Shown piece after piece: positions 63,396-64,000 of a stretch of 64,000 bases of DNA. The DNA comes from Callorhinchus milii (lineage: Eukaryota). The stretch lies in NCBI RefSeq assembly GCF_018977255.1, contig NW_024704743.1, positions 22,632,001 through 22,696,000 of the forward strand, in the 5' to 3' direction. Each line of letters begins with the position of its first letter. Positions within the stretch are counted from its first letter, which is position 1. The notes under the pieces were generated by a model. That model saw only the letters and a list, made by a program, of their open reading frames with translations. It did not search any database and was not told the DNA's origin. The translations under genes and the position numbers were made by a program.

Positions 63396-64000
63396 AGAAA
63401 TAGGTGAAAATCCACACAAAAAAAGTAATCCCACTTGAAGGGCACAATAGAAATGCAGGTTATAATAATAATAATCCTCACAATCCTTGCGCTATTCGAA
63501 AGAGAGTTTTTCTCTCTCCCATTGTCCTGGCCAACAATTCACTCTATGGCTGTTTGTGGGACATTGCTGTGCGCATATTAACTACATGTTCACCCACAAA
63601 ACACACACTCACTACAATTTACAGTATATTCTGTGAAGCGCTCCTGACATGAAAGGCGCAATAAACAAATGTAAGGATATTATTATTTGATATAGCGCCT
63701 TACACACGCAAACCGGACTGAAAGTTCCACATAAATATGCCAACTACACATGAAAATTTCCCTGTGTCTAGAATGGAATATGTCTCCCTGGAGGGATGCA
63801 CCTGCTTGCCTAATTCTGGAAAGTATTACCAGCAGGTTGTCAAGAGCCAAGGCTCAGGGACCCTTAGAGTGTGTGTTGGGGTATTGCTGAAGTCTAACCA
63901 ACTAAAATTGCATTGCTTCCCATTGGGAGGTCTGCCTGGCAAGCTTTCCCCCGCTGATTGTTTAGCTTGGATCACCCTACCTGTTGGGGAAGTGGTAGCC

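Overview
This is vertebrate genomic DNA, most likely from a cartilaginous fish and probably a holocephalan. That taxonomy is an inference from the repeat repertoire. The window holds one protein-coding gene on the + strand, GADL1 (acidic amino acid decarboxylase, group II PLP-dependent family). I traced 14 exons from 21230 to 57589 with GT-AG borders and consistent phases, giving 1434 nt or 478 codons without a stop; the last coding exon appears to lie beyond the window. The CpG-rich promoter is directly abutted by a ~4.1 kb array of about 105 copies of a 39-bp unit. A shorter inverted copy of that array lies across a 25-N gap and may be an assembly artefact. The rest is intergenic or intronic DNA full of decayed L2 and CR1 LINEs, several tRNA-derived SINE types sharing an L2-like 3' end, one hAT-type MITE with an 8-bp TSD, and microsatellites. 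I found no CRISPR array, operon or convincing novel multi-gene system. The most notable items are the promoter-abutting minisatellite, two lysine substitutions in the GADL1 catalytic-loop region, and the modular, nested SINE/LINE architecture.
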